A stretch of 63,807 nt of DNA, counting the filler, from Octopus bimaculoides (lineage: Eukaryota), in NCBI RefSeq assembly GCF_001194135.2. It is 9 parts of 8 records of this genome, joined end to end, with 100 filler letters (N's around TTAATTAATTAA, not from the genome) between each part and the next. Parts side by side here need not be neighbours in the genome. Positions count along the whole stretch, not along the records: positions 23,812 to 27,615 come from NC_068989.1; positions 27,716 to 34,074 come from NC_068985.1; positions 34,175 to 52,708 come from NC_068996.1; 6 more parts are not named here. One strand, written 5' to 3'. The notes under the pieces are model-generated. The model had not been told where the DNA came from. It searched no databases and saw nothing but the letters and a program-made list of their open reading frames with translations. The number at the start of each line of letters is the position of its first letter. Position 1 is the first letter of the stretch. Positions 23,922 through 35,285 of this stretch are shown in pieces. Both the position numbers and the translations under genes were made by a program.

Positions 23922-26455
23922 CCACTACCACCTATTCCACCGCCGCTGCCACTACCACCGCCATCGTCACCGCCACCGTCACTGTCACCGTCATCGCCTA
24001 CGGTGCTTCGATGGCACATATGCCATCGCAGTCCCCTCCGCAACGACTAAAACGACGACACGACGACGACGTTTAACATGTTTTCTATGATGGTCACCTT
24101 CTACAGCAATGATACCTGAAATCATGTGTTTATATAAATGGATTATTGCTTTTTTTTCTAATTTTATATTTCGCAGTCTTTCGTCTTTATTTAAGTTTCG
24201 TGACAGCATTATAAAACATCCCTTCATTGTTTTCATAGTCAGTGTGTGGAGCTGCTTAAGTACTTCCCTGAGTATACATACGGATTTGTCTCATCATTAC
24301 AAGAAATATATAGTCTTCTAAGATACTGTTTCTCTATCAAATATGCCGGTAATTTCCTCTTTATAGAATCTACTACAGCACCGAGGAAATTTGTGTAAGC
24401 CACGTTTTTTGATGAAGAGAAACGGAAACACGTCATAGCTATTAATAAAGCCAATTAGTTTAATATTTTGGATTCGGTACGCCAAGCATTGATAATATTC
24501 TGATCTTAGTTGCTTCTGATTCTTTGGAAAGCTTAACAGTCTTCTTTACCTTAGCAAAATCTACCAACAATCTATTCTTCTGACAATATTCCTCTCAAAC
24601 ATTTCAAAAACATCGTTTATTCGGTGCTGCATTATTCTACATTCATAATTATCGATCTCCGTATATTATTTTGCTTGTTATTATCCTCATCCATGGGCAT
24701 CAAGTCCCTACCTTTGTCTCCTCTTGAGAACAAAAGGACACAGTTAATTAAATTCCCAGCAAACTGATTGCATTTTACGCAGATCAATGGCTAGATGTCT
24801 ACAACTATTTTTTCCTTGTCTATGTAAAACAGCTGCCATTTCAGAAATGGCGACCAATGGAAATCTTGCGTGTCATAGTTGCTACGTTATATGATATGTG
24901 GGATATAAATAAATGCCTGTGTACTCAATGTTCTCTAACAATAAGCCATAGATCAGTATAAGTATCAAGATGTGTACATTAAAGTTTGAACAAAAGTCAT
25001 TGTTTTATTAGAGGCAGACAATAATCCAATTGAGAGAAGTTGATATACGACTCCTCGACCAGGTACCGATCATATTTTACTACCCTCGAGGTGAAAATAT
25101 GTTGTAACACTGGATTAAAAGCTGGTTCAAGCCATATTCAGCAATACTGTAAGAAGTAGGTTGAATCTGCCATTTTAGCTTTCATACAGCTGAGTCACTT
25201 ATACGTACTTCCCATCCTGGACTACTTCTTGTATCCTTAACTAGATCTGGCATTCAGAACAAATTTAACCGAGACCTGTCCTCTTCTTCAGATAATTGTC
25301 TTCATAGAAACTGTATAGTCCTCCTCCTCCTCCTCTTCCTCCCACTTCTTCTTCTTCTTCTTCTGCTGCTGCTCCTCCACCTCCCACTTCTTCTTCTTCT
25401 TCTGCTGCTGCTCCTGCCCTCCTCCCCCTCCCACTTCTTCTTCTTCTTCTTCTTCTTATTCTTCTGCTGCTGCTCCTCCTCCTCNNNNNNNNNNNNNNNN
25501 NNNNNNNNNNNNNNNNNNNNNNNNNNNNNNNNNNNNNNNNNNNNNNNNNNNNNNNNNNNNNNNNNNNNNNNNNNNNNNNNNNNNNNNNNNNNNNNNNNNN
25601 NNNNNNNNNNNNNNNNNNNNNNNNNNNNNNNNNNNNNNNNNNNNNNNNNNNNNNNNNNNNNNNNNNNNNNNNNNNNNNNNNNNNNNNNNNNNNNNNNNNN
25701 NNNNNNNNNNNNNNNNNNNNNNNNNNNNNNNNNNNNNNNNNNNNNNNNNNNNNNNNNNNNNNNNNNNNNNNNNNNNNNNNNNNNNNNNNNNNNNNNNNNN
25801 NNNNNNNNNNNNNNNNNNNNNNNNNNNNNNNNNNNNNNNNNNNNNNNNNNNNNNNNNNNNNNNNNNNNNNNNNNNNNNNNNNNNNNNNNNNNNNNNNNNN
25901 NNNNNNNNNNNNNNNNNNNNNNNNNNNNNNNNNNNNNNNNNNNNNNNNNNNNNNNNNNNNNNNNNNNNNNNNNNNNNNNNNNNNNNNNNNNNNNNNNNNN
26001 NNNNNNNNNNNNNNNNNNNNNNNNNNAAAAAGAAAACTTCAGAGAGAAGAAAAGAAGTAGAGAGTGGTGATCTTTTTTTCACTACTGATTGAATATCTTA
26101 TATCGGACATAAATGACGGAGAAGCAAATAACACGAACGTATGTCTTTTTAAAAAAATTTTTCTCTCGCATAATTTCATTGAAATAAATGTGGAAATATA
26201 TCTTCGCATTAATAAGAAAGACAAATTGCTGTCGCGAGACATATGCGCAGTAAGAGCGACTGAATAAATAAAATATAGTGAAAGTAGCCTTCTTGGAAAG
26301 GAAGTCCCAAAATATACTGTTGGTTTCTAACAAATTATTAATCATCATTGGAGGAAGGGCAAAGTCAAAGCGTGATAGTCGCGCGTTTTTACTATTATTT
26401 GCAATAATATATAGATTACAGTCATTCACTTGACTGTGTTTGTCACCTGAATTAC

Positions 26456-26514
26456 GGCAGCTGAAGAAGTGTGGATATAATCGTACAGTTCACTCAGAAA
26501 CTTTAAGTCCTATA
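26456..26514 (+). ncRNA. Candidate degenerate minimal hammerhead
   Basis: CTGAAGA at 26461-26467, imperfect stem II GTGTG/CACTC, GAAA at 26497-26500, near-palindrome ACTTTAAGT, GTC triplet. Stem I is weak. Confidence 0.35.
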
Positions 26515-26603
26515 TGTGAGTCGCTATAACTGCATCATTCAATAAATGCACACCTTTATTTTCAACGATATTGAGGTCTACCTCTTTTATCGTCATACGC
26601 AGT

Positions 26604-26637
<34 letters not shown>

Positions 26638-27248
26638 NNNNNNNNNNATTAAATTTGTAACGTGGAGGAATGTAGTGGCGGACAGAAAACAAGACAGAAA
26701 AACGAAACTGAAAATAAACAAAAAAGGCTATACGGCCAGGCGTGAAAAAAATATGTGTATACTGAACACTGTGAAGCAAAGAACTGGAAGGAAGAGAGAA
26801 GAAAAATGTTCGTGCGAGCTTGGCAATGGCCAAGATAGGAAAGGAAGAAGTAGCCGGACACATGTGACCAGCGAGGGGTAAGGAGAAAGAGTGGTGGAGG
26901 GAGAAAAAAGAGGAGGAAGTAGAATATAGGTGAGCAACGAGAGACAGGGAGGAAGAGAGAGAGAGATATGATATAGTAGTGAATAGGAGAGGCGAAGAAC
27001 AACAGAAGGAAGAACGAGAGGGGGAGAAAGATACAAAGATAGATAGAATCGCGTCAGAAATATAAAGTTAAAACTTACTTGCAAGGATGACGCGTGCGTT
27101 CGATCATGTAATACAAATAATATATGAGTATATGCATATATACGTACATATATGTACATACCTACATCTACATGTATATATAGATGTATATCTGGATACA
27201 GGACGTTGCAAAACAAAACGTGGACAAAATGATAAACGAGAACATAAA

Positions 27249-27305
<57 letters not shown>

Positions 27306-27565
27306 GTTTGTCATTCTCTACCATCCATCCATCCAGCCCTCCATCCCTCCATCCCCCCAACTCTCCACCTAACCAGCTTACAACCTAGCCATCCAACTAC
27401 CTATATAGCTAATATAAAACTTTCTGTCAATTTATGTAGGATTTCTATTCTGTTTTCTGTTTTCTACGTCTTTCGTCAAAATCTCCATTTTCTGCCACCC
27501 ACTTCTTGCATTCATCTTTGTTCTTCAGTCAGGTTATCTGTCCGTCTGTCAGCCTTCTTGTCTGC

Positions 27566-27615
<50 letters not shown>

Positions 27616-27715
27616 NNNNNNNNNNNNNNNNNNNNNNNNNNNNNNNNNNNNNNNNNNNNTTAATTAATTAANNNNNNNNNNNNNNNNNNNNNNNNNNNNN
27701 NNNNNNNNNNNNNNN

Positions 27716-27782
27716 GAGACTGCGGTCATGCTGGGGCACCGACTTGAAGAATTTTTAGTCGAATAAATCGACCTCAGTTCTT

Positions 27783-27826
<44 letters not shown>

Positions 27827-28030
27827 AGTGTGTGTGTTTTGTTTGATCTCCGCCACCATTTGGTAACCGGTGTTGGTTTGTTAGCAATTCGGCAAAAATT
27901 CACCGATAGAATAAGTACCAGACATTTAAAAAAATAATAATAATAAACACCGGGGTCGATTTATTCGACTATACCCTTTATCGTGGTGCCCCAGCATGGC
28001 CGCAGCTCTAAAAGAAAAGGTGAAAGATAA
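27716..28030. mobile_element. Two SINE group C tails in opposite orientation around (TG)n
   Basis: 27716-27783(-) and 27840-28030(+) share gtcgatttattcgacta and ggtgccccagcatg.ccgcag. Confidence 0.75.
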
Positions 28031-28427
28031 TTTATGGGTTGGAAGTAATGACTAGTGGTAGAGGTGAATTTGAATAGGTAATGTCTAAAGAGGGATAATG
28101 ACCGAGTTTGAGGTGGTAGCTTGGTATTCAAAGGGGAGCCGCTAATCTGGCAAACATATGGTAGTTATTTTGTAGGAGGGGGCTGAAGCAGCTGTAGACA
28201 TATACACTTATAAACACAAATACTCACAAATGGCTATACATATACGCAGGTATGTAATATACATACATACACATACACATGTATAAATACTAATGTATAC
28301 AAATAGATGTCAGAGGAACGACAAGCGGGTGTATATTCGGATACATATATCCTTGTGTAAATATACATACAATAAAGATACATTCAGATATGGATACAGA
28401 GAAAGATCTATATATCCATAGCTATGT

Positions 28428-28822
28428 TTTTGTTCTTTGTTTTTGGCACTCCGTCGCTTACGACGTCGAGGGTTCCAGTTGATCCGATCAACGGAACAGC
28501 CTGCTCGGGAAATTAACGTGCAAGTGGCTGAGCACTCCACAGACACGTGTACCCTTAACGTAGTTCTCGGGGATATTCAGCGTGACACAGAGTGACAAGG
28601 CTGACCCTTTGCATTGCAGGCACAACAGAAACAGGAAGTAAGAGTGAGAGAAAGTTGTGGTGAAAGAGTATAACAGGGTTCGCCACCATCCCCTGCCGGA
28701 GCCTCGTGGAGCTTTAGGTGTTTTCGCTCAATAAACACTCACAACGCCCGGTCTGGGAATCGAAACCGCGATCCTATGACCGCGAGTCCGCTGCCCTAAC
28801 CACTGTGCCATTTCGCCTCCAC
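28428..28822 (-). mobile_element. Full-length SINE group A with 12-bp TSD
   Basis: Reverse-complement homolog of 4788-5174. TSD CCATAGCTATGT at 28416-28427 and 28823-28834. Confidence 0.92.
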
Positions 28823-28859
28823 CCATAGCTATGTATGTATGAATGTATCTACATATGTA

Positions 28860-29435
28860 TGAAGGGGTACCCAAAAGAAACCGGAATTTTGCAATATTAT
28901 TTTATTCGCTTAATTTTATATATTTAAATTATTATCGCCTTCAAAGTATTTTCCGTTTGAAGCAATGTATCGGTCCAGGCGCGTTTTCTACTACTCGAAG
29001 CAGTGCTGGAACTCTTGTGAAGTGATACCTTTTAACGTCTCCGTCGTTTTTTTCTTCACCTCTTCCACATTTGCAAATTCCGTAGCACCAGCTTTCGTCA
29101 CCAATGATGACCTTCGATTAAAAGGGCCTGGATCAACTTTCAGCTGTTCTTTCAGTTTACGACACGCATTCAGTTGTGACTGCTTTTGACCTTCCGTGAG
29201 CAAGTGAGACACAAATTTTGCTGCTACTCTTTTGCATTCGCAATTCCTCGCTCAAAATTCGTTGGCAGGAGCTCCAGGACACTCAAGGACACACAAGTTC
29301 GTGAAATGTTTGGTGAGGGTCCTCTAAGATCAGTTCATGAATTTTCATGATGTTCTCATTCGTTCGGGAGGTCCTTCAAGTGACAAGTGACCATTCCTAA
29401 AGTGTGGAAACCGCTCGTAAACTTGTTTTGCTCGT
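28860..29435 (-). mobile_element. Internally deleted mariner remnant
   Basis: Minus-strand frames: RVAAKFVSHLLTEGQK, VIIGDESWCY (first catalytic D), then FANVEEVKKKTTETLKGITSQEFQHCFE. TIR-like tgaaggggtacccaaaagaaaccggaa follows TA at 28858-28859. Confidence 0.8.
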
Positions 29436-30039
29436 TGCATAAATATATACATACGTACGAATGTATATATGTCATTGTTCAGTTTATTTCAAGATCTCTT
29501 CCCAATAGAGAAAGAGTCGGTTTCTAGCTTAGGTCCAAGACTCCTTCATTGGAATTTCATACATGTATGTATGTATGTATGTATGTATGTATGTATGTAT
29601 GTATGTATGTATGTATGTATGTATATGTGCAGATAGATTTGTATGCTTTATTTTATATATGTATTCTCATGCATATAATTGCATATCTAGATATGCTCAT
29701 ATATATTTAAATGATAGACTTCTGGAAAGTTTTACAGATTTTTACAGTTCCAGTGATGGATTGAATCTGTAGTCTTCAAATTAGCTTCCTCCTTTCTGGT
29801 TTTCAGAAGCCTAATTTCTCAAAATTGATATTTAGGCAGTATGTTACATATCTCAGGGCCCCAATAATTACAGGTATATGTTTCTCTGTCTGTCTGTCTG
29901 TCTGTCTGTCTGTATGTATGTATGCATACAAATATATGTGTGTGTGTCGTTGTGTGATGTGGTGGTGTGTGTGTGTTTATATCCATGTATGCATGAATTC
30001 ATTTATTCATGTATAAGACGCGCTTTTCTTGTTCTTAGA

Positions 30040-30277
30040 GGTGCAAAAGTGGTTGTGTGGTAAGAAGCCGACTTCCCAATCACATGATTGAGGATTCAGT
30101 CCCACTGAGTGACACCTTGTGCAAGTGTCTTCTACTACAGCCTCGGGCCGACCAAAGACTTATGAGTGGATTTGGTAGATGGAAACTGAAAGAAGCCCGT
30201 CGTATGTGTGTGTGCATGTGTGCGGGTGTGTGGGGGTGTGTGTGNNNNNNNNNNNNNNNNNNNNNNNNNNNNNNNNN

Positions 30278-30315
<38 letters not shown>
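30040..30315 (+). mobile_element. SINE group C, 5' part
   Basis: gtgtggtaagaag head, accttgtgcaagtgtcttctactacagcctcgggccgaccaaag. Confidence 0.85.
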
Positions 30316-30318
<3 letters not shown>

Positions 30319-30328
30319 TGCGTTCGTA

Positions 30329-31108
30329 CAGGGTGCGGTGAATAAACTGTCGTTTGAATTATGCAAAAATGAAAATAATACTGATATCTCATTTTAACAG
30401 ATACATTTACCAAAATTACATTAAAAATATTTTGAAATACTAAAGAGTAAATTTATTCAATAAAATCGCCATTGGCTTCAACCAAGGTCTCAAGACGACT
30501 TCGGAATATCCTGCAACTGGTGAATGCTGCTATAGTCCTTGCCTTCAGTTCATCTTTGGTGTTACAAGGAATTTTGTTGGTCTCTCGCTCAACTGTGCCC
30601 CACACATAATAATCAAGGGGTTTGCAATCAGGGGTGTTAGGTGGCCAGGTGTTAGGGATGAAGTGGTCTCAGATATTATCTGACAGCCATCTCTGTGTTC
30701 TCCTGCTTGCGTGACCTGGTGCAAATTCCTGTTGCCAGACATAGGGTCTTTCAGCAGCCACCCTCTTCACCCAGAACAGCACTACCTCCTCCAGGCACCT
30801 GATGTAGTCCTCCGTGTTGAGTCTGAGGCCATGTGATCACTCCAAAGACCATGATGTTGACTGGATGTTTGATTTTTATCACTCATGGTATGGTTTGGGG
30901 GACACAGCAAGCCAACGGTTGTTCTGTGTGTTCGTATTGGAGCTTCCGGCGCGAATGCCAGGCAGTACAATATGTCATTTCCAATTTCTGGTATTGTGTC
31001 ATGATGCTGCTTTCCTCGCAGACGGTACTCAACTGACCCTACTATACTCTGTAGCCGACAAAATTAAAACCAACATGTGCATGCGCGAAATCAACCCATC
31101 GCACCCTG
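30329..31108 (-). mobile_element. Internally deleted Tc1/mariner-superfamily element, maT (DD37D) type
   Basis: TA|CAGGGTGCG ... CGCACCCTG|TA ends. Minus-strand translation RPYVWQQEFAPGH..TWPPNTPDCKPLDYYVWGTVE has 37 residues between the second and third catalytic positions, with an in-frame stop. Confidence 0.82.
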
Positions 31109-31504
31109 TATATATATATATATATATATATATAATCAATTTGAGGATGTCAGGTCCTCATTAGGGATTAAATAAACCCAAAATTTCACTGGTTAAACAC
31201 TATCATATAAGGAGAAAGCCTCGGCGATATGTTAGGGGTTATTATTGTAATACATATCGTTAATAATGAAAGAAAGAAAATGGAGAATTATGGATGTATA
31301 AATAATTTATTTGTATGATATAATGAAGTCGAAAGATTATGAAAAACGTATATGTAAATTGTTGGCATCGAAACATATATGTAGATCTTTGGCATCTGCC
31401 ATTTCTTTTAGAGCTTTGTAATTTATAATTTATTTGTATTGTTTTTCTAAAAAAAACTTTCAACCTCACATCATACAAATAAATTATTTATACATCCACA
31501 GTAA

Positions 31505-31725
31505 ATATTCTTTTCTACTCTGGGCACAAGGCCCGAAATTTTTGAGGAAGGGGGTCAGTCGATTAGATCGACCCCAGTACGCAACTGGTACTTAATTTAT
31601 CGACCCCGAAAGGATAAAATGCAAAGTCGACCTCGGCGGAATTTGAATTCAGAACGTAAAAACGGACGAAATACAGCTAAGCATTTCGCCCAGCGTGTTA
31701 ACGTTTCTGCCAGCTCGCTGTCTTA
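31505..31725 (-). mobile_element. SINE group B
   Basis: ctggtacttaatttatcgaccccgaaaggataaaatgcaaagtcgacctcggcggaatttgaa..ctgccagctcgc. Confidence 0.88.
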
Positions 31726-31944
31726 CATCCATAGTAAATAATGCCACGCCACCTTCCTTTAACCTGGAAGGCAAGGCAGTTTTCATCGTACTGGTGGCTA
31801 TGGCGAAAGAATGTGTATGGTGGACTCGTTTGAAAGGCTTAGAGACGAATACTTTCCTCTCTGGCCAACCTCTCATCAACTTTTTCAAGTATTACTTCAA
31901 AAGGAAGATGAGAATAGAAGGTTAAGTTTGTCTTTCTTTCATTA

Positions 31945-32235
31945 TGTGTGTGTGTGTGTGCGTGCATGTATGTGAGTATGCATGTATGTATGTGTGTGTG
32001 TCTTTGTGACTGTATTTGTCCAGCAGAACCGCTTGACAACCAAATCCACTCGCAAGGATTTCGTCGGCCCAAGGCTTTCGTCGGCCCAAGGCTTTCGTCG
32101 GCCCAAGGCTTTCGTCGGCCCAAAGCTATAGTACAGTTCTAGACACTTGCCCAAGGTGCCACACAGTGAGACTGAAGCCAGAACCATGAAGTTGGGAAGA
32201 AATCTTCTTACCACACAGCTACTCCTGTGCCTGCA
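31945..32235 (-). mobile_element. SINE group C with internal 17-bp tandem amplification
   Basis: acacttgcccaaggtgcc CORE-like segment; AAGGCTTTCGTCGGCCC x4 at 32054-32121. Confidence 0.8.
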
Positions 32236-32365
32236 CATCCACTGCATATATAGTGAAATTACAATAAATGAAAATTATACACCACTACACAGAATAGTAT
32301 ACATGGATTTCAGACAGAAGAAAAACAAGAAAATTGTTTAACGATTACAAATCCCGGTTTACATG

Positions 32366-32412
<47 letters not shown>

Positions 32413-32941
32413 TGTGTGTGTGTGTGCGTGCGTGATGCAAATTATAAAGTTTGCAGATAATTCTATATTTAAAATTAAGCGATGCTTTTATTACACTCAG
32501 AAGCTCTTTCAGTTTTTTGAAAAGCTTTCACTTGTACCAAAGTAATCGAATTCTAGACTACCGCCATCTCTTAGAATTTAGCAGTGGGCGGTTTCTTCAT
32601 GACAGCGCCAAGTATTTCAAAAGAATAGAAGCGGTATGAAATTCATTTGTCTTGCTAAAAGGCAAAGCAGCTCACTCTAGAAAAGATATGAAACGATGAT
32701 GCATATGCTAGTAGCAGAATTATGTATTTGACCAATTTTCTTTTGGTTATTATTCATTTCGAATGCAAGGAAAATATATACAATTTTTATACGCTTTACT
32801 TGTCTCAGTCATTGAACTGCAGCCATGCTGGAGCGCCACTTGGTATATTTACTGATAGTCAAGTCACGTGGCTTAGTGGTTAAGGTATTCGGTTCATATT
32901 TAAATTCAGAGTAGGTCTGTCTGTATGTTCTGTGTGTGTGT

Positions 32942-33280
32942 GAAGGCGCGGAGCTTAATGGTTAGGAGTATTCGGATCCCAATCGTAAGGTCGTGAGTTC
33001 GATTCCGGGCGGCACGTTGTGTCCTTTAGCAAGACACTTTATATTACGTTACTCTAGTCCATTCGGCTGACAAAAATGAGTTGTACCTGTAATTCAAAGG
33101 ACCAGTCATGTCACATTCTGTATCACGCCGAATCCCCTTGAGAACTACGTAATGGGTACGCCTGCGTGTGTGTGTGTGGGGTGGGGATACTCAGTCACTT
33201 GCATGTTAATTTCACGAGCAGGCTGTTCCGTTGGTCGAAACAACTGGAACATTCATTGTCTTAACCGACGGAGTGCCAGT
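32942..33280 (+). mobile_element. tRNA-derived SINE with V-like domain and group A-type tail
   Basis: GAGTTCGATTCC B-box, ttgtgtcctttagcaagacac, tail ttaatttcacgagcaggctgttccgttgg..gacggagtgcca. Confidence 0.8.
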
Positions 33281-33702
33281 TGTTTTATTAAATACTAATG
33301 CCAAGCGGGACACATGGATCTACGCAGGATTGCACCTAAAGACTCATGCTCTGGTTTCTACTGGATTGGTGCATAATTATTGCGGTTTTGTTTTCAACAA
33401 ATTCTATTCAACAAAAACAATAACAGCATGTAACAAAAACATCTTTAAGTGATTATTCCGGAGCATATTCTCTATCTACTTCAATTACTGCTTCTCATTT
33501 GCTTGGCAGACGGTCAGACCGTCATTTAAAGATGTTTTTGTTTAAAGATGTTTTCAGAAAGTTGAACTATGAACTTTTATGCTTCCTTTTTCTTCTTTCT
33601 TTCCCATCACCTTATTCTTTTACTCCCTTCCTCTATGTCATCATCTCATTAATATATACCATTCTCATTTTCCCTATTTTTTCCCCTATCTTTTCCCTAT
33701 TT

Positions 33703-33758
33703 GTCTCTGATGACGGATTATCCCATACTCAGGGATATACCAGAAACAGCTGTAAGAT
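33703..33758 (+). ncRNA. Minimal type I hammerhead ribozyme motif
   Basis: Stem I GTCT/AGAT, CTGATGA at 33707-33713, stem II including TATCCC/GGGATA, GAAA at 33743-33746, palindromic ACAGCTGT, GTA cleavage triplet ending 33754. Confidence 0.7.
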
Positions 33759-34042
33759 TTTGAATTTTTACCAAAAATAATATTGTATACGACTTGAGAT
33801 GTTTGCCTTGCCTTAATGTTTGCTGTCCTGCTCAACAATTATATATCTTCTGCATTGGAAATCTGCAATGGCTCCATAACAACCATCACAGCTATAAACT
33901 TGGAGCCCATGTAATCCGTTACAGCACCTACCTAGTGTACCTAATTGTTTAGATTACCTGTGAACTAAATCCCCATACTTTATACATATACATATATATA
34001 CATACATATATATATGTGTGTATGTATATGTGTATATGTGTG

Positions 34043-34074
<32 letters not shown>

Positions 34075-35025
34075 NNNNNNNNNNNNNNNNNNNNNNNNNN
34101 NNNNNNNNNNNNNNNNNNTTAATTAATTAANNNNNNNNNNNNNNNNNNNNNNNNNNNNNNNNNNNNNNNNNNNNTATATATATTTATTTATTTATTTATA
34201 TATAAGAGGAATGGCCACTAGGTGGATTCCTAATATGCTAAAGGTACACTCCATACGGTCTTACCACTAAGAAAAGTTGTTCTCACAAAAATTCGGCAAA
34301 CGCCAGAACGTAAGGCGAGCAAGATAAATGAAAAGATACAAAATATAGTGATTAGTCATATACCTAGATTTCATCGTTACCATTTACATTACGTAAATGT
34401 CTGTAAATCCTCAGTGTGACTGTCATGGAAAAAATAATTCGCAGGACTGACTATACACGAGTCTTCCTCCCGAGAGAGAACATGCATACATTTCTATCAA
34501 TTATAGTTGGGGGTATATTTCAAATGGTTCCGTTTTGGCGCGCCGAAGCCGGAAGTGACTCTGCAGAAAATAATTTTCTCCATCGAATCTTGCCGATTAC
34601 AGAACATGTTTTTTTTTTATTTAAATTATATACATATATATACATATATTTATATATGTATATATANNNNNNNNNNNNNNNNNNNNNNNNNNNNNNNNNN
34701 NNNNNNNNNNNNNNNNNNNNNNNNNNNNNNNNNNNNNNNNNNNNNNNNNNNNNNNNNNNNNNNNNNNNNNNNNNNNNNNNNNNNNNNNNNNNNNNNNNNN
34801 NNNNNNNNNNNNNNNNNNNNNNNNNNNNNNNNNNNNNNNNNNNNNNNNNNNNNNNNNNNNNNNNNNNNNNNNNNNNNNNNNNNNNNNNNNNNNNNNNNNN
34901 NNNNNNNNNNNNNNNNNNNNNNNNNNNNNNNNNNNNNNNNNNNNNNNNNNNNNNNNNNNNNNNNNNNNNNNNNNNNNNNNNNNNNNNNNNNNNNNNNNNN
35001 NNNNNNNNNNNNNNNNNNNNNNNNN

Positions 35026-35285
35026 TATGTATGTATGTATGCATGTATGGGTACAGGACGTCACAAACCCTAAACACCATGGGATACAAATGAGTTGAAT
35101 ACACAAACAACGAATGAAACAAATGGAAAACAGGACAAGTAACATAAAGAACGACCCTTCATCAGTTGTCGGCTGTCCATCTATTCCTCATTTCGAGCAT
35201 TGAACAACATACTTTTCCCGTTTTCCATTTATTTCTCTCGTTGTTTGCGTATTCAACTCATTTGTTTTCTTATTTCACGTTGACA
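35026..35285. mobile_element. Fold-back element related to 23201-23634
   Basis: atgggtacaggacg start; arms 35086-35141 and 35210-35265 are inverted. Confidence 0.7.

Noticed and set aside
23756-24043. Gly-rich GNGGR repeat ORF
   Set aside because: Product of a 15-bp minisatellite beside a gap; no splice or domain evidence.
32054-32121. CRISPR-like array
   Set aside because: Units are directly adjacent with no spacers, inside a eukaryotic SINE.
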